Assembly (NCBI GenBank): GCA_951406725.2
Contig: OX597815.1
Location: forward strand, 44,144,001-44,208,000
Direction of reading: 5' to 3'
DNA: 64,000 nt
DNA from: Octopus vulgaris
Taxonomy: Eukaryota
This document shows, one piece after another, positions 1 to 13,431 of the stretch (the stretch's first letter is position 1; every line of letters begins with the position of its first letter). The notes beneath the pieces were generated by a model, which ran no database searches, was not told where the DNA came from, and saw nothing but the letters and a program-made list of their open reading frames with translations. A program made the translations under genes and the position numbers.

Positions 1-18
1 GTGTGTGCATACATATAC

Positions 19-50
<32 letters not shown>

Positions 51-927
51 ATATATAAATACGTGTGTGTGTGTGTGTGTAAAATAGAAAATTAGCAAAC
101 ATTTGTATCCAACATAAGCCACAAAAGATTAAAACACTATATATAATATATTAGTAGTGTAATCGTCAACAGTAACACCACACCCCGTGTCATAATAATA
201 ACGTCAAAAAGTACGTTCACACTGCAACTGCAAGCAAACGCCCTTATCAGATATTTCCTAATAATCAGTCACAAAGAAAACGGAAACATAAAACGAAAAG
301 TATGCCTCTTTTTTCATGGCTGCGATTTTAACCCCTTCATTTCATTAGGGATCTGCAAAGCTATAAAGAAACCTTGAATAGCTAAAAGTGTCAATCCCTG
401 GCAAAATCAGAGAAAAATATGCGAAATCCTTATAAAGAATGAAGGAATCACGGCACCCACCAAAATTTACAACTACTCAGGAGTTGAGTGAGCTTATGAC
501 AACTCAAAGCCCCACAAATACTCAAGTGAAGTGAGGTCACCCTCCTGTGCACAGAAATTCGACAAAAATAAATCCTTCAGATACGCCAACTCAACAACAA
601 TTCCCTACTTGAATCGGCCATGATACCGCAAAACCTGACTTGCAAATGACTTAACAGATCCTATCAGTTATTAAGTTAGACATGGCTTGGGCCAATCTAT
701 GGCCGAAACATATTCAAGCTATCTAAGTTATTATTATAAACTCACCTATCCGAACAATAGTACAGATTCAGATCACTACACTCAGCCACCACACAAACAT
801 TGACAGAGAAAATACAAGATGGTTTCAACAACAGACAACCTTCCACACATATTCACAACAGTCTTAGGAGATTCAGTAAAAAGAAAGCGAAACGACGCCA
901 GAATATATTTGGAGCATTCACAGATAC

Positions 928-1160
928 CTATTTCTTTATTACCCACAAGGGGCTAAACACAGAGGGGACAAACAAGGACAGACATAGGTATTAAGTCGAT
1001 TACATCGACCCCAGTGCGTAACTGGTACTTAATTTATCGACCCCGAAAGGATGAAAGGCAAAGTCGACCTCGGCGGAATTTGAACTCACAACGTAACAGC
1101 AGACGAAATACTGCTAAGCATTTCGCCCGGCGTGCTAACGTTTCTGCCAGCTCGCCGCTT
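928..1160 (-). mobile_element. tRNA-derived SINE family A (long-tail variant)
   Basis: On minus: GGCGAGCTGGCAGAAACG head (A-box-like), GAGTTCAAATTCC (B-box-like), GCCTTTCATCCTTTCGGGGTCGATAAA core, and tail ending CCCCTTGTGGGTAATAAAGAAATA. More than 25 related copies in the window. Confidence 0.9.
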
Positions 1161-2420
1161 TTGGCTGGCCACAAGACTGGAACAACAATAGTGCATAAAC
1201 AATACCTAAGATTCACAATGGATTGTGGTAGTTTTATCTTCAGCTTCAATCTCTCCACAACGAACCGCAATAAAATTTTAAATACACAAGAGAGCGCAAA
1301 ACTATACATCAGACGATAACATATCCTAGACTTTTTTTATACAACGAAACAAAAATATAAAAATGAAAGACAACCCGGACATGCGAGAGACGTAGCTTCC
1401 AAACGTGGCAAACTTCAACGTCCCAGATTTCTGCTATAGGAACATACTAAAAACACTATCTGTCCGATTTAACCGAGATAAACATAAAAAGCAGAAATAG
1501 CTACATCAATATCTTCAATGCTCCCAAAAACCTGTTGGGTTGTGCAGCACCAACAATAAGTATAACAGTCGCGCTCTCACCGAGACTACCTTACTGCTTC
1601 CTCTATAACGACCACCACAATCTATGAGCGCTTATTATTAGATTAGACGATGTGGAGGTTATATTATGTTCAACTAACAGGCTGCATTGTGTATAATTCA
1701 CTACTACATGTATGGTCCTTAGCTTGTCGGAAACAAGACATAACTCAGCAGCTTTATCTCTGGACGGTCTTATGTCATTTGGCCGACTTTCAGTGTACAA
1801 CATGACTACTCTATCCAGGCAGACTTGGGACTTCCCAACCACAACAGTACCATCAACTAAAGGAGTCTTTAAGTGGTTGCTTGACCTTACTAGAAATGAC
1901 TCTCTCTTACATCATGCCCTCTAGGTTGAAAAGCGGGAAATGCTTGAGTAAAGGACGAGATGGCAATAACTACAATGCTTTTGATTACAGGTTTATTCAG
2001 TTAGTGAATAACTGGGTCTTAAGAACAGCAACATCATCACCACAGACATCAATCACTACCACTAGCTTCATCCAAACTATCAAACAAGCGAGGAAGCTTC
2101 TACACGGCCGTTCAACTAACTAGAGATAACAGTCGAAAATCCCACAAAAAAACACTCAATTGTCAGCAGGTAGATAATCAGAATGCTTTCAGTCATAAAT
2201 CTGTTCGATCAGAACTGATCCGTAGTTGACAAATATCACTATCATCATAATAACCAACTCAAATACCAGCACCATAATTCACATCAGTGTTACCTCAAAC
2301 ATCATCATCATAACTAAAATCATCACCATCACTAACATCACTAACACACGAACAATGTGACCACTAATATTACCACATCATTATTCTCCACCAAATCTAA
2401 CGTCAACACTAAAACTATCT

Positions 2421-2619
2421 TCATTTCTTACGACTAAACAAGAACAAAATCAATAGCAACAAACACAAAAAAACCGCCAGACATTTAGGTGCCTCGGAAA
2501 GTTCGGAATGAAACGATGAGGTGCAGCTTTTAAACGCTGAAGATTTGGCACGGCTGACCGGACGTTCAGCCTGTCTTGGTAATTGTACGTTTTGGTACTG
2601 GAGGCAAACATCCACACAG
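2421..2619 (-). CDS. Candidate terminal coding exon with a C-terminal hydrophobic segment (GPI/tail-anchor-like); product not identified
   Basis: Single-copy segment with higher GC than its flanks, preceded on minus by a (CT)n tract and CTCTGCAG acceptor. Reads CVDVCLQYQNVQLPRQAERPVSRAKSSAFKSC...KCLAVFLCLLLLILFLFSRKK*. No upstream exon found. Confidence 0.35.
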
Positions 2620-3039
2620 CTGCAGAGATGTACACATACAGAGAAAGAGAGAGAGAGAGAGATGGAGAGAGAGATTACAATTATTAAATGAATACAATTG
2701 ATATAGACACTTTCCCTCTCCTCACAAATAGAGAAATAATCTCATATATATAAACAAAGAGAGGGGAAGAAGGGGAGAGAAGGAGAGAGAGAGGCAGGGA
2801 CAGAGGGAAGGATAAAACGAAAAGCCAAGATGTTTGATGTCAACTATGTCAGCGTCGAATCAACGACACCAAAAAGGCAGAGCCAAAACGGCTGTGCCAA
2901 AACATTTCATACCCTTAGAAGTGAGATTCTTTGGGAAATATTTTAGCGCTGATTTCAAATTTGACTCAGTTGTAATTAAAAACTATTCTGCCATTTTGAC
3001 ACAAAAATAATGTTATTAATTTATTACCCGATCCCTAAG

Positions 3040-3255
3040 GGAGCGAGCTGGCAGAATCGTTATTACGCCCGACAAAATGCTTAACGGCATTACCTTCGTA
3101 TTTAGGTTCTGAGTTCAAGTGTCTACGAGGTTGACTTTGCTTTTCATCTTTCCGGGGCCGATGAAATAAGTACCAGTAAAGTACTGAAGATGATGTAATC
3201 CACTAGACCCTTTCCCTCAAAATTCCAGGCCTTATGCCTATAGTAGAACGGATTA
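3040..3255 (+). mobile_element. SINE family A (short-tail variant, diverged)
   Basis: GAGCTGGCAGAATCG head and family core, ending CCAGGCCTTATGCCTATAGTAGAACGGATT. Confidence 0.8.
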
Positions 3256-4635
3256 ATATATCATATGTTTACTTCAACCACCATATATCACTAAATAAGC
3301 TTCTTTCGACACAAAATCTTATTGTGCAGTCAAACATTAGATGCTATGGACATTGTAACTAAAAATATATAACTAAGGCTTATAAAATGATCAGTCATTC
3401 AACCCATAAGAAGCATCTTTTATAGGATATCTACGGTAAGAATTATCAGAACGGTCCCACAAACACTGGTTCCAGTAGTCACATCTGACATCGTGGTGTG
3501 ATCGTATTCAAATTCTTTCTCCTTCTTCACTTAAATCAACAAAATTTTGTGAGTAGTAAACCTTAGTTTTTATGATACAACCAAAGCGATTACGTGAAAC
3601 TTGGATTAACGATGGCGTAAACTCTATCTTGTGTGTGTGTGTGTGTGTGTGTACATACATCAAACGCACGTCTCTCTCCTCCTCTCTCTCTCTCTACACA
3701 TACACAAACACACACACATAAAAGTTCAGGATTCAAGCGGATCAGGTCCTTAAAAGTAAAGCAGCAATGTCGGGTTATCTGGTACATAACTGAAGCAGTA
3801 TTAGATTAAAATAGCTATCTATATATCATACTTAATATACATATATATATAGCGTTTAAAGGCCAGTTACAACGATATTCACTCAAAGATAACGTCTCTT
3901 GTGAACGTGTTGCCTTTAAAAATACAATCATATCGGAATGAGATGACAATCGTCCCAGTAGCAGTAAGCGAGAACGCCAAGTGCATTTCGGCATAGTTGG
4001 GGTTTGTCAATGGCGTGTATTCACAACAAGCCACATTCCTAGACCATATCTGTCGCCTCCGATATATAGGACGAGTACTGCAGTAACTAGTCCTTCAACG
4101 ATATTCATTAAGTATGATATTCAGGTGTATATATTAAATCACTCTTGAGTTATCTTTTGGTCATTTTCGTTTCTGCCGACTCAAAAGTCATAAAAAGCAC
4201 AGATTATTTGTATAGCTACTTACTTTTATGACCAAAGAGATACGTTGCCATTTTTAAGTCTACACCAGCGATTCTCAGTCGATTGTAGCTCAGATCACTT
4301 TTTCATGAATAGTGTTCTTATAAAGCTCCCCATCACTATGTTTCATGGATTATTTTAATAAAGCAGAAGCTAATTTTGCGTAGAGATTTATCATTAATAT
4401 TTACTTATCCCATTTCATCTATCATGGGCCTCTCTATGAACTAGTGCCCCTATGCTTATTTTTTAAGGAAATTAATAAAGACGGCAAGGACTTATATAGC
4501 ATAATTATATTAGGCCTTGTTGCGTCAGTAGTCATGGCTTTGCTCGCTGATATGATTTTCAGTTCATATTATAATCACAGTCCTGACGGAGATATTTTCG
4601 AAAATGCATTTAAAATATAGTATAAATAATGAATA

Positions 4636-4875
4636 AATGCGCCCTTTTAAAACCTAGCCAGTCTCATGGGCCCGGTTTCCGTGGTGTATGTGTTCCCCAG
4701 CTGGACGGGAATCCAGTCCATCGCAGCGTTACTCAATTTTTGCCAGATGAGTGAACTGGAGCAACGTGAAATGAAGTGTTTTGCTCAAGAACACAACGCG
4801 TCGCCCGGCACAGGAATCGAAACCACGAATCTTACGATCATGATGCTGACATCCTAACCACTAAGCCACGCGCTT
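4636..4875 (-). mobile_element. tRNA-derived SINE family C, tail type 1
   Basis: On minus: GCGCGTGGCTTAGTGG head, TTCGATTCC box, GTTCTTGAGCAAAACACTTCATTTCACG central part, tail ending AAAGGGCGCATTTATT. Same element as 42700-42957. Confidence 0.85.
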
Positions 4876-5086
4876 CAACTTAAAATATAATACCTAGTTT
4901 AAATACTTTACATCTTAGAAAACTCATGGATCCCTCTAAATATCCAGCGCCGCTCATTGGCATCGGCCATTCTGTTTTAAGCTCATAACGCTCTCAGTGG
5001 GAGTTGGTTAAAATCAACTCTTTTCCGAAAATCACCCTTCAAAACTGGAGTGATTATCACGCATTTCTCTTTCACACAAATGTGAA

Positions 5087-5395
5087 GGGGTGTGGTTTAG
5101 TGGTTAAGAGAATTCGGCTCACGGACGCGAGTTCGATTCCTGGCGGTGTGTTATATCCTTGAGCAAGGCCCTTTATTTCACGTTGTTCCAGTCCATCCAG
5201 CTGGCAGAAATGAATTGTACCTTTAATTCAAATGCCACCCTTGTCACATTCTGTGTCACGCTGAATCTCCCTAAGAACTAAGTTAAGGATACGCGTGTCA
5301 GTAGAATGCTCAGCCACTTGCACGTTAATTTCACGAGTAGGTTGTTCCGTTTATCGGATCAACAGCAAGCCCCATCATAACCAAATGAGTACCAG
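5087..5395 (+). mobile_element. tRNA-derived SINE family C, tail type 2
   Basis: GTGTGGTTTAGTGGTT head, GAGTTCGATTCC, CCTTGAGCAAG central motif; tail matches 31302-31480. Confidence 0.85.
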
Positions 5396-5934
5396 TTTTT
5401 CTTATATACGGCTAGAGTAAATATGCTGACTAATACTGACTGAGAAGTCACCAAAATTAAAGCAAGAGGCAACCGGGCCATTAATTTTCCTATATATATA
5501 GATATAGATAAAGGAGTGTGTTACATAACCAAATTTAGGGTTGTTCATACAACAATGATGGAACATTTTGAATCAATACCTAAAATAAAGTCAAGAAGAT
5601 TCCAAACTTCTTGGATGTCTCCAGCCCCGTATATAAATTTACTGATCCTAAATGCACTGCTACCAAAAAACCGCGCGTTATTCACATCAAAGTCAAGAAA
5701 ATTGCCCTTACTTCTTTCACTAAAACTACAGCTACACCACTACCGAAACCAAGGTTTCTACTAATATCACTATAAACAATACTAATGGCATCGCTACTAC
5801 CACCATCACCACCCCACCCCCACCATCACCACCAACAATAACATCAAAACCCGCTACCACCACCAAACGCCAGCATCATTGCCACTACCAACATCAATAT
5901 CGCAGAGCCCTAACATTCCTAACACTTTTAACAT

Positions 5935-5953
5935 CATCACCAACTTCTTCATC

Positions 5954-5998
<45 letters not shown>

Positions 5999-6143
5999 TT
6001 CTTCTTCTTCTTCTTCTTCTTCTTCTTCGTCTTCGTCTTCTTTTTTGTCGTCGTCGTCGTCGCCATCATCATCGTAATCATCATCTTCATCTTCATTGAC
6101 ACCATCATCGTTACCACCACCATCATTATCATCGTCGTCGTCG

Positions 6144-6225
<82 letters not shown>

Positions 6226-6515
6226 CATCACCACCATCATCATCGTCTTCACCATCATCTAATGATTATCATATCAACAATACCCTCCTCTTTTCCTCCG
6301 CCTCCTCATCACCATTATCATCATCGTCGTCATCGTCTTTATCATGATCATCATCACCATCATTATCGTCGTCATCATCCGCTTCATCATTATGATCATT
6401 GTCACCAACATTATCATCATCATCATCGTCGCCATTACCATCGTCGCCATTAACTTCTTCTTCGTCAGCATCATCATCATCAGCAGCAGCAGCAGTAGCA
6501 GTAGCATCAACAGCA
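5935..6515. repeat. Compound trinucleotide array (CAT/CTT/CGT/CAG)n
   Basis: Seen directly; explains the poly-M/I/S/H ORFs. Confidence 0.95.
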
Positions 6516-6657
6516 ATGGCAAAGGAGGACAGTAACCGCTACTACTGGAAAAAAAAAGAGAATTTCTACTAAAAAGCGTGATGCCAACGTGGCAATAATT
6601 TGTTTATGGAAATACATCTACACACACACTTACGCACAGAGACGCGCACGTCGACGT

Positions 6658-6697
<40 letters not shown>

Positions 6698-6932
6698 ACA
6701 CACACACACACAGGCATTCACACGCACGCACATACACAAACATATACACACACACGTACACATATGAACATAAATATATGCACACGATCTGGCATACACG
6801 CACACGAAGCCTATGTCACGTTAATATGAATATAATGTCATACAGGCAACACAGTTAATTATAACTAAAATAGCAATATATATATATATGTGTCTGTGTC
6901 TGTGTGTATGTATGTATATGATTCACTTCAAC

Positions 6933-7100
<168 letters not shown>

Positions 7101-7341
7101 ATACTTATGCCTATATAACCTACATACGCATGCAAACAAGGATTGACATATACACACACACTAACAAACACATACACTCAAAAACGCACTCACACATACG
7201 CTTGCAGTGCAAACATTCACTTATGTGTACATTACAATGCTTCTGCCCCTTAGAAACATCACATGCACATCACAAGACACGCTGTAAGGAATCTTGTGTA
7301 ATTAATCTTATGTGCAAAAATCTGCCTGATGTCATGTATAA

Positions 7342-8215
7342 GTATGTATGTATGTATGTATGTATGTATGTATGTATGTATGTATGTATGTATGTATGCA
7401 TGTATGTATGTATGTATGTATGTATGTATGTATGTATGTATGTATGTATGTATGTATGTATGTATGTATGCATGTATGCATGTATGTATGTATGTATGTA
7501 TGTATGCATGTATGCATGTATGTATGTATGTAGGTATGTATGTAGGTATGTTTGTATGCATGTATGTATGTAGATATGTTTGTATGTATGTATGCATGTA
7601 TGTATGTATGCATGTATGTATGCATGTATGTATGTATGTATGTATGTATGTATGTATGCATGTATGTATGTATGTTTGTATGTATGTATGTATGTATGTA
7701 TGTATGCATGTATGTATGTATGTAGGTAGGTATGTATGTATGGATGTATGTATGTATGTATGTATGCATGTATGCATGTATGTATGTATGTATATATGTA
7801 TGTAGGTACGTTTGTATGTATGTATGTATGTATGTTTTTATGCATGTATGTATGTATGTATGTAGGTATGTTTGTATGTATGTATGCATGTATGCATGTA
7901 TGTATGTATGTATGTATGTATACATGTATGTATGTATGTATGTATGTAGGTATGTATGTAGGTATGTTTGTATGTATGTATGTTTGTATGCATGTATGTA
8001 TGTATGTATGTATGTATGCATGCATGTATGTATGTATGTATGCATGCATGGATGTATGTATGTATGTATGTAGGTATATTTGTATGTATGCATGTTTGTA
8101 TGCATGTATGTATGTATGTATGTATGTATGCATGCATGTATGTATGTATGTATGTATGTATGTATGTATGTATGTATGTATGTATGTATGTTTGTATGTA
8201 TTTATGTTATGTTAT
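7342..8215. repeat. About 870-bp imperfect (TATG)n array
   Basis: Seen directly; explains the HTYI/MYVC ORFs. Confidence 0.97.
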
Positions 8216-8216
8216 G

Positions 8217-8770
8217 TCAGGTCACATTCGAGTGCTATTAGTAACATGTAACCCAGTACAACCTGTTGCATGGTCGGGTCGTCGGCGACTAAACCGGCAA
8301 CCCAACCAAGCTTGCTTGGTGAGGAGGGTGTTTATTGGACACCTTCCTGGATGAAAAACAGAACCCGTTAAAGGGCGGAGGAACTCTTGAGAGTCAACGG
8401 TCATCCAATAAATGTCTAAAGGCTGTATCATGCGCGGGGACATAGAAATAATTGGACTGAATACCCGATCGCGCGGTTAAACCATTGAGAGTGAAGGACT
8501 CCTAGCCTTTGTTAGGGCATCCTTCCAGGAGAAGGTAACTCAGGTAACTGGGATAACTCCGACATAAAACCTACGGCTCAGTGATTACCGATGATGTTGA
8601 CTTGTTCTTCTTTTCGGATTATGGCTGCTGTTGCTTAGTGAGTGGGATTGACTCAGTGCACAGCCTTTCCTCACTATAACAAAAAATCTTCTTGCACAGG
8701 CATTGCACGATAACAACATTAAGCTTCATGCAATGGCCATACTCGATAACGAGAGGGCAGTCACCATGTA
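8217..8770 (+). mobile_element. Non-autonomous RTE-derived element (RTE 5'UTR-like part plus RTE 3' tail), copy 1
   Basis: Close match to 31621-32171. The last ~50 nt (TAAGCTTCATGCAATGGCCATACTCGATAACGAGAGGGCAGTCACCAT) match the RTE LINE 3' end at 13432-13480. Flanked by TATG repeats. Confidence 0.85.
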
Positions 8771-9054
8771 TGCATGTATGTATGTATGTATATTCATGCA
8801 TAAATGTATATGAGTTCATGTATTGTTGAAACCTATTTAATTCTAGATCATCCCTTAACGAATATATTCCAGTTTTGACCATCATATCTTGTTCACACCC
8901 TGAATGGTTAAGAGTACATTATCTAATGTGGGATCCAGTTAATTAAGGCTGTAAATTACCATTTGTATGTGTTTTAAGTAGCTCTTTCTAGCACCTCTTC
9001 AAATGACATCGCATTGTCTATTCTTTATTCGTGTAATCACAAATTTCAGTTTTA

Positions 9055-9460
9055 TCCTTTATCCATTCCTTGCTTCGGTCGTCAGCCTACGGCCATACTG
9101 GGGCACGGCCTTGAATAGTTTTGTCGAACAAATTTCCCCCTGTGCTTAATCTGTTTGTCTGGTATTTACTCTATCATTTCTTAAACCGAATCACTAAGTT
9201 ACAGGAAATGTAAACAAGAAGCCAACATTGGTTATCGAACTGTGTGGAAGGGGACAACCACAAACACAAAGACACACACACACACACACACACATACACA
9301 CACACACACAGAGTTGAATCTACACTGTTTCCGTCAACCAAGTTCATTTATAACCCGGGGTTACAGTAGAAGATACTTTTCCAGGGTTCCACGCAATTGG
9401 AGTGAACCCAAATGCACGTGACTACAAAGCGAACCTTTTAACACAGGACCATGCATGCGC
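9055..9460 (-). mobile_element. SINE family B, diverged
   Basis: Reverse-complement similarity to 15303-15740, with an internal (CA)n. Confidence 0.65.
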
Positions 9461-10488
9461 CCATTTTATAGATATAGTTCATACTTTTCATTACATACTT
9501 TTTATTTATGTATTTATGTATTCATTTATTTTTGTGGTTTTTGGTATTGGTAACGATGTTTTCTTGAACAATCTCTAGACCAATATTCTATGCAAAACCA
9601 AATATATGACACCCTAGTTATAACGCCAACATGACCTTCTAACTTATTGTCTCTTGGGGCATCTGGGTGAAACTTGAAGTCAACTTGTACAAATACAAAG
9701 CAAAAGTCAAACATATAATAATAATGACTTTGTAAATGAACAATCTGCTGTGTTTATTTTAATGGCCTACAAATGTATACAGTAAGTTTCTCTGCCCCAA
9801 GTTTCAGGAAGATATTCGGCAAGAAATGGAATCAGAACTGAAAGACGATGCTAATAAAAACATAATAAATGCAGTACCATGCACTCACTCGCATGGCTTC
9901 TGATCTTAACTGAATGTCCCCAGCATGTCCCCAGTGGGGCATGTCCCTTAGTGGCTGGCGATATGAGCATCTCTGGTCAAGAGCAGAAGTAGTGGGAGAT
10001 CATAGACAAGTGTTGAGCGGAATTCTTTGGAGTTTGAAAATTCACCTCTGGAAACATGGGTGTTTCGTTCAACATCCTTAAACAACCCTTATTCGAGAAC
10101 TTTTAGAGAGGAATGGGCTACTCGACCTGAAGAAAAAATCCAACTGGGTCCCACCTGCAAGGTCATGGGCTGTTTACCTTGATATGAGACCACTATGTTG
10201 CGCACAGAAATATCAATTGAATTAACTAAATTGTGCCAGCTCTGTAACATGTATGCATATAAGTATAGTTTGTTTGAAATGTGAATCTTCGGTATAAGTT
10301 TCTTTTGATACATGAGTGTGTATATGTGTGTATGTGTGCTTGCATGAGCTTGCTGAATAGAATTACAAGTAAATTAATGCTACAAACATCATCATGGTGT
10401 ACTTTTAACAGACGGGTAGCTATGATGGGTATATTGGGTTTCGTATATTTTACCCCAGTGTTTCTGATGGCATGCACTGCTCCCTCAC

Positions 10489-10730
<242 letters not shown>

Positions 10731-10887
10731 CCTTTCAACTACAGGCACAAAGCCTGAAATTTGGGGGCGGGGCTAGTGGATGACATCGACCCCAATACTC
10801 ACCTGGTACATCCTGAAAGGATGAAAGGCAAAGTCGACCTCGGCGGAATTTGAACTCAGAACGTAAAGATGAACGAAATGCCACTAA

Positions 10888-11500
10888 GCTGCTCCAGAGC
10901 ATCCTGCTCGAACCGGGATTCGGAAGGGCTGTGTTGGCTTATGCGGACGACACCATCGTGATGGTGTCGAACACCTCAGAAATCGAGGTGGTCAGCAAAT
11001 CATTGGAGGAATATGAAAAGTTGACAGGAACAAAAGTTAACCCGAAAAGTCGGTGGCCTTGCAGCATGGCACTTGGAGAGGCAAGTCCATGCTTTCCAAC
11101 AGCATCGTTGGGTGCTGGTAAAATTGCTTGGGGTTTCGTTCGGACCAGACCTCCAGGTGGACAAGAATTAGAACCTGGTGACGAAAAGGGTAGTCAATCT
11201 CACCCAGAAATGGGCTTGCGAGGAGGCTGTCATTGAATGGTCGGACGGATGTGACTAATGCGTACATCGCGTCTGTCATCTACTTCCTGATCGTCGTCGT
11301 TTGCCTCCGTTTGTGCCTCTCCGAGTTGTGGCGCTTCCTCTTCAAATTCTTGTGGAGGGAACAGGTTCCGTTGGTGAGGCGGTCCATCTACTGGAGGGCT
11401 GGGCATGCTGTGGATAATGATGCGTAGGCATGCGCTGAGGCTGCAGCATCTCCAGATATTCTGTCTAAACGGTGAGCAGGTTCGTGAACATCCACCAGGC
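10888..11500 (+). pseudogene. Decayed reverse-transcriptase fragment of a Tx1/L1-like non-LTR retrotransposon
   Basis: AVLAYADDTIVMV...LEEYEKLTGTKVN (YADD motif), then LFKFLWREQVPLVRRSI in another frame; frameshifted. Confidence 0.75.
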
Positions 11501-11599
11501 ACTGGGCAGTTTCTCTTCCAGCCCCAAATCACTATGTCAGGTCTATTATGCTTACATTCTATTGAGATTTTCACTGAGACATTCTACCAGTTATCCTTC

Positions 11600-11680
11600 C
11601 TATTATGAGTGGTTATGGCCTCTACCATACTGTGGGTTCTTATTTCTTTGGTCTCCTTAAGACGTGTATCTATGAATGTA
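11600..11680 (+). pseudogene. Possible Tc1/mariner transposase relic
   Basis: WLWPLPYCGFLFLWSP*DVY loosely resembles the WPPxSPDLxPxDFFLWGxLKxxVY motif; very degenerate. Confidence 0.25.
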
Positions 11681-11950
11681 CAATGAAATAATCTTGGTCT
11701 TTGATGCATCATTAACCACAATATCCGACATATATGCAAATCCTGATAAAAATGTGTTTGATATATATATATATGTCTTGTAAATTGTTTATTTTGTAAT
11801 TATTCTGTCAAAAATTACAACTTTCATTAAAGACATTGCTAATCCTTTAGCAAGCCTTGACATTTGACGCTCTTTTGTCAACTCACGTCTCGAAAGGAGA
11901 TGCTAGGGCCTAAGTTAAAACCAACTGACTTAGTACAGTCATCGACACAA

Positions 11951-11985
<35 letters not shown>

Positions 11986-12309
11986 AACAAATTGGTAAAT
12001 ATATAAACCAAAATAGTTTCATATGTAGCTATTTAAGTTAATCGTTCATCAAAAACAAAAGGCAATGATTCAGAGAAGTCATAGCAAGATTTCCCAGGAG
12101 AGAATAATTGTCTCTCACATAAAATGCTTAATACACGGCATTCAAGTAAAACTGAAACAATGCAGAATTGTGTACAGCAAGTAAATGGACACAATAAAGC
12201 TACTTGCGAATTCACAGCACACATTTTTCTACTTCAGAACTGTATGTACTTAGCCATTAGCCATATATCATGTATATATATAAATATATATATAAATATA
12301 TATATATAC

Positions 12310-12370
<61 letters not shown>

Positions 12371-12586
12371 GCATATATATATATATATAATGTATATATA
12401 TATATATGTATGTATATGTATATGTATATATATGCATGTATGTATGCATATATACATACATAAACACACATACATACATATACACACACAGACACATTAT
12501 TTACTTACACAAACACACCGTTTCCAAAACATATATACGTAAATGTGTGTATGAGCATTATATACATACGTGTCTGCATACGTGTC

Positions 12587-12647
<61 letters not shown>

Positions 12648-12704
12648 GTTTAAATATTTGTTGTGCAAGATTTTTTATGTGAAGTCGTGTGTTGAAACAG
12701 ATAT

Positions 12705-13019
12705 TGTTATATTTCGGAATGGTCATATTGCCAGTTTAGCCAATAAATAAACATAGACGCACATAGAGATATAAGCATGCGCAAATGAAGACATACAATA
12801 GAAATACAAAATGGCTGACGGTTAGTAAGGAGAGACACAAGTAAGTGAGAAGAAAACAAAGGACCACTGATGCGGTCACAGGAGTGTGACGAAAGAACTT
12901 TGGCCGAAATAAGATTAAGATTAATGTAAAAAATAAATATCACTGAAGCAAAATAACACCAAATATATAGTGCGTGTGTTTTTATTGGCTAAACTGGCAA
13001 TATGACCATTCCGAAATAT

Positions 13020-13023
<4 letters not shown>
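12705..13023. mobile_element. Inverted-repeat element carrying a decayed hammerhead motif (Penelope pseudo-LTR-like)
   Basis: About 43-bp perfect inverted arms (TGTTATATTTCGGAATGGTCATATTGCCAGTTTAGCCAATAAA) at 12705-12747 and 12981-13023. Hammerhead-like motif at 12862-12905; a relative lies at 41285-41460. Confidence 0.7.
12862..12905 (+). ncRNA. Decayed minimal type I hammerhead motif
   Basis: GACCA-CTGATGC-G-GTCAC aggagt GTGAC-GAAA-GAAC-TT-TGGCC. A9 appears mutated to C and stem III is tiny. Confidence 0.5.
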
Positions 13024-13066
<43 letters not shown>

Positions 13067-13431
13067 CTTATAGGGATGCAGTTTCTTTACTCTTCTAATT
13101 TTTTTCATCTTTTGACTGAGGTCATGCTGGAGCACATACTTAATATATATCCACTATTGAAAAGGAAATTACTGCAGTTTTCGTTCGAAATAAAATCTCT
13201 TATGGATGTTCAGAGTTTAAAAATCGTCCTGGCAGCGGCTAATAGTGACGCCAGATGCATTCCGGACGTTTTAAGCCTTGTCAAAATACGTGTACTTACA
13301 ACCAACCACATGCCTATACTAGATTTATCGCCTCCAATAAATGGTAAGTAATGCATTGTTGGTATTGCGAATAGCCGCCGAGCAGAATAAATAATCTGGT
13401 ACACGCAGTTAAAGCAGTATTAAATTAAAAT

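Noticed and set aside
1014-1319. Recurrent 'MRNWYLIYRPRKDERQSRPRR' ORF (also at 57492 and 62416)
   Set aside because: It is an antisense reading of SINE family A, not a gene family.
780-1400. Possible APE endonuclease relic (VLGD-like word at about 861)
   Set aside because: Too degenerate to support by eye.
12701-13027. Ginger-type MITE (TGT...ACA ends, ATAT flanks)
   Set aside because: ATAT is uninformative next to (TA)n, and the internal hammerhead motif plus a one-armed relative at 41285 favour a PLE origin. Not fully excluded.
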